A DNA stretch of 64,000 bases from Geosiphon pyriformis uo1 (taxonomy: Eukaryota > Fungi > Glomeromycota). The notes under the pieces are model-generated. The model did no database searches and was not told the origin of the DNA. It saw nothing but the letters and a program-made list of their open reading frames with translations. The stretch is from assembly GCA_016748015.1 (NCBI GenBank), contig JAAOMT010000128.1, positions 2,549,538-2,613,537 on the forward strand. The letters run 5' to 3'. Below are positions 61,882 to 64,000 of this stretch, one piece after another (positions within the stretch are counted from its first letter, which is position 1; every line of letters starts with the position of its first letter). The position numbers were made by a program, and so were the translations under genes.

Positions 61882-64000
61882 CTATAATAAATTATGCCAG
61901 AAAGAAATATGAACATCAATTTCAATATTTTCCTCTTGGTAAATGGGCCCATCTACCGGTACAGAAATATTGGGAACTTGAAAATACAAAAGATTCTTGA
62001 CTTTGTTATAATGAATATCTTGCACTAGATGCGATTTATGGTTATGTAAAAAAACTCGAAAGCTATCTTCGGACAGGGAACACGCTGAATTTGATGAAAC
62101 ATAAAGGCCACATTCTCCCAGAGCTACTAAAGTAATATGATAAATAATGTCTTGTTTTTTTCCGGCATACGAAATACTTTGGAGTTCGGAAGAATTCTGC
62201 TTATTACGAAATCCAGAAGATGAAACTGCACGGGAACCGTTATACTTGTCTAAAAGCCCGAGACAAGCAACTTTCACTTGTGGAACTTGATGATCAACAG
62301 GAACAGGAAATGACGGGTATATATCGACTGGTGCAAAAGTTGCAATGTCAAACTTTTGGGATTCCAGATAGATGAAAAAACCAGTCTCCCTTTCAGTGAT
62401 CGGAATCACTCGTAAATTCTGTTGGATATGAAAAAATACAACGAACTCAACATCCAAGCTTTGGATACTTTTGGGGAACCAGTAAATATCCATAGAGCTA
62501 ATTGTGTCTATCAGAGCGTGTTGTGTGAAATTAAAAAGACCAAGAACCCCAATACAGCCATTGACATTGGAAATCTTCAGAATCTGTTCGTCCTTTGTGG
62601 GATCACTGAATAAATTTCGTAATGAGGGAAGGGCTGGTCGATTAGAGCGAAGAATTCTGCTAGATAGGGGAGTTTTCGCCACTAATCTATTCAATAAATG
62701 AAGATTATGCTGATTCGGCTTATCTGTAATGTATACTGGACCACCTGATATTGCACGAGCAGCAGCATGTAGATCTCCTAACATATGGTTTGATTCGAAC
62801 ATATCCCTAAAATTAATAGTGGATAATTCAGTATCATTGGGGAATCGAACTTTTGAAAAAGACACTTACCAATCAGGAATACTTCCCAGGCATCGAGTCC
62901 ACATATTATTTATTGCGTTTGTATAAATATGCCAAGCATGTGAATCTCGTGAGTCGGGAAAGAAATCATCACTATTTCTAAAAATATATGAAATATTTGT
63001 AGTCGACTCCAAGGTGCATCCTTTCTTGGATGGGGAACTAACTGTGGAATATTTCACATTTATATCCACCTGAAAAGAGGCTGTGCTTGTTTTCTCGATT
63101 TTTCACTTTGACGAGAATTTTGTGATTTTATAAGATGAAAGTGAATTGCAGGACTATGGGCCATACAGTATATGAGACGGGATTCAAAATATCGTGTGCT
63201 GTTCGCAAGTAAAGCCTCCTGATATTTATTTCTAAATAAGCGAAGTCGGGTTTCTCGAGTTGGCAGAAGATCAAAACTGGCCTGAGAATCAACCTTAACC
63301 AAATCGACACCCTGATCTTTCAAAAATTTGTAAAATTCGTCGTAAAATCGATAAACGTCATCTTTGCTGATAATATCTTTGCCACAATCTATCGATTCAA
63401 TCGTATATCGTGAACCCAATTCGGATTCAGGATCAATTCCATTCCAATAACCCCATAGAGAGTGCCTGCATCATTAGTAACCTCTTCAAGTAAATAGCTG
63501 TTGGTATTGTGAGGGATTCTCCGGTACATATATAAATCTTGATGCTTACCAAACACCAAAATGGTGTAAATGAGGGAACTTTTTCTTCACGTCATTAATA
63601 AAATATTTCAATCCCATTGGAAAATCATCCCTTTTAGCCTCGAACGACTGTAACTGTTTTTTTGGGGAAGTTTTTTGCCACCCATCATCTATAATAATAT
63701 ATCCAACAGATACGTTCGAATTATTCAATGACTGCAATACTTCAGTTACCGACTCATGATTAACTTTATCGTAAAACCTATTCGTCGGAGTTGTATTGTA
63801 AGTTTTATATTCATTTGAATATAATGTAATAAAAAGGAAAACTCAACTTACGCATTCCATGTACAATATCCTAATTTATCATAATAAAATAAGTCTCTGG
63901 GATGATTGGTTGATTTGATAATTGTATCCGAAGACCCGATAATTTTTTTGGCAAAATCCATACTTGAGGTGGTAAGAAAATGTGGGTCTTTTCCTCGAGC
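61882..64000 (-). CDS. Glycoside hydrolase family 36, Sip1/raffinose synthase-like alpha-galactosidase; multi-exon, 5' end outside the window
   Basis: GYCTWNA, IIIDDGWQ, GVWH..GYW, VKVDSQ (nucleophile), RNSDDFFP (acid/base), PDWDMF, HAAARAISGGPVYITD. Confidence 0.93.

Overview
AT-rich, intron-containing eukaryotic DNA. Gene style and transposon repertoire suggest a Glomeromycota-type fungus; this is an inference, possibly a Geosiphon-like genome. About 75-80% is transposon-derived. Three host genes lie among the repeats: a 13-exon CTP synthase (24715-27651, +), a compact 8-exon ASH1-like AWS-SET-postSET methyltransferase (59822-61491, +) and a 5'-truncated GH36 Sip1/raffinose-synthase-family gene (61882->64000, -). 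The rest is a resolvable nest of elements. It holds two copies of Ty3/Gypsy family A (1-6150 -, 16537-24227 +) and a gag-pro-only LTR element B (7131-15672, -) whose LTR is interrupted by a cargo-carrying pogo-type DNA transposon. It also holds an APE-RT-RNaseH LINE (~27913-55350, -) interrupted by Gypsy element C (28722-47022, -), itself interrupted by element D (36862-45251, +), plus two solo LTRs and a 4-kb ultra-AT-rich tract. The main candidate novelty is the shared architecture of the Gypsy elements. Pol stops right after RNase H, and integrase is a separate ATG-initiated ORF behind a G-poor A/C-rich or poly(A) linker in four lineages. A homologous unknown third ORF occupies the env position in A and C, and C and D carry a multi-CxxC domain plus dUTPase between protease and RT. 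Independently, the CTP synthase carries clustered substitutions in its CTP feedback-inhibition pocket. Several N-flanked segments are assembly duplications or mis-orderings.
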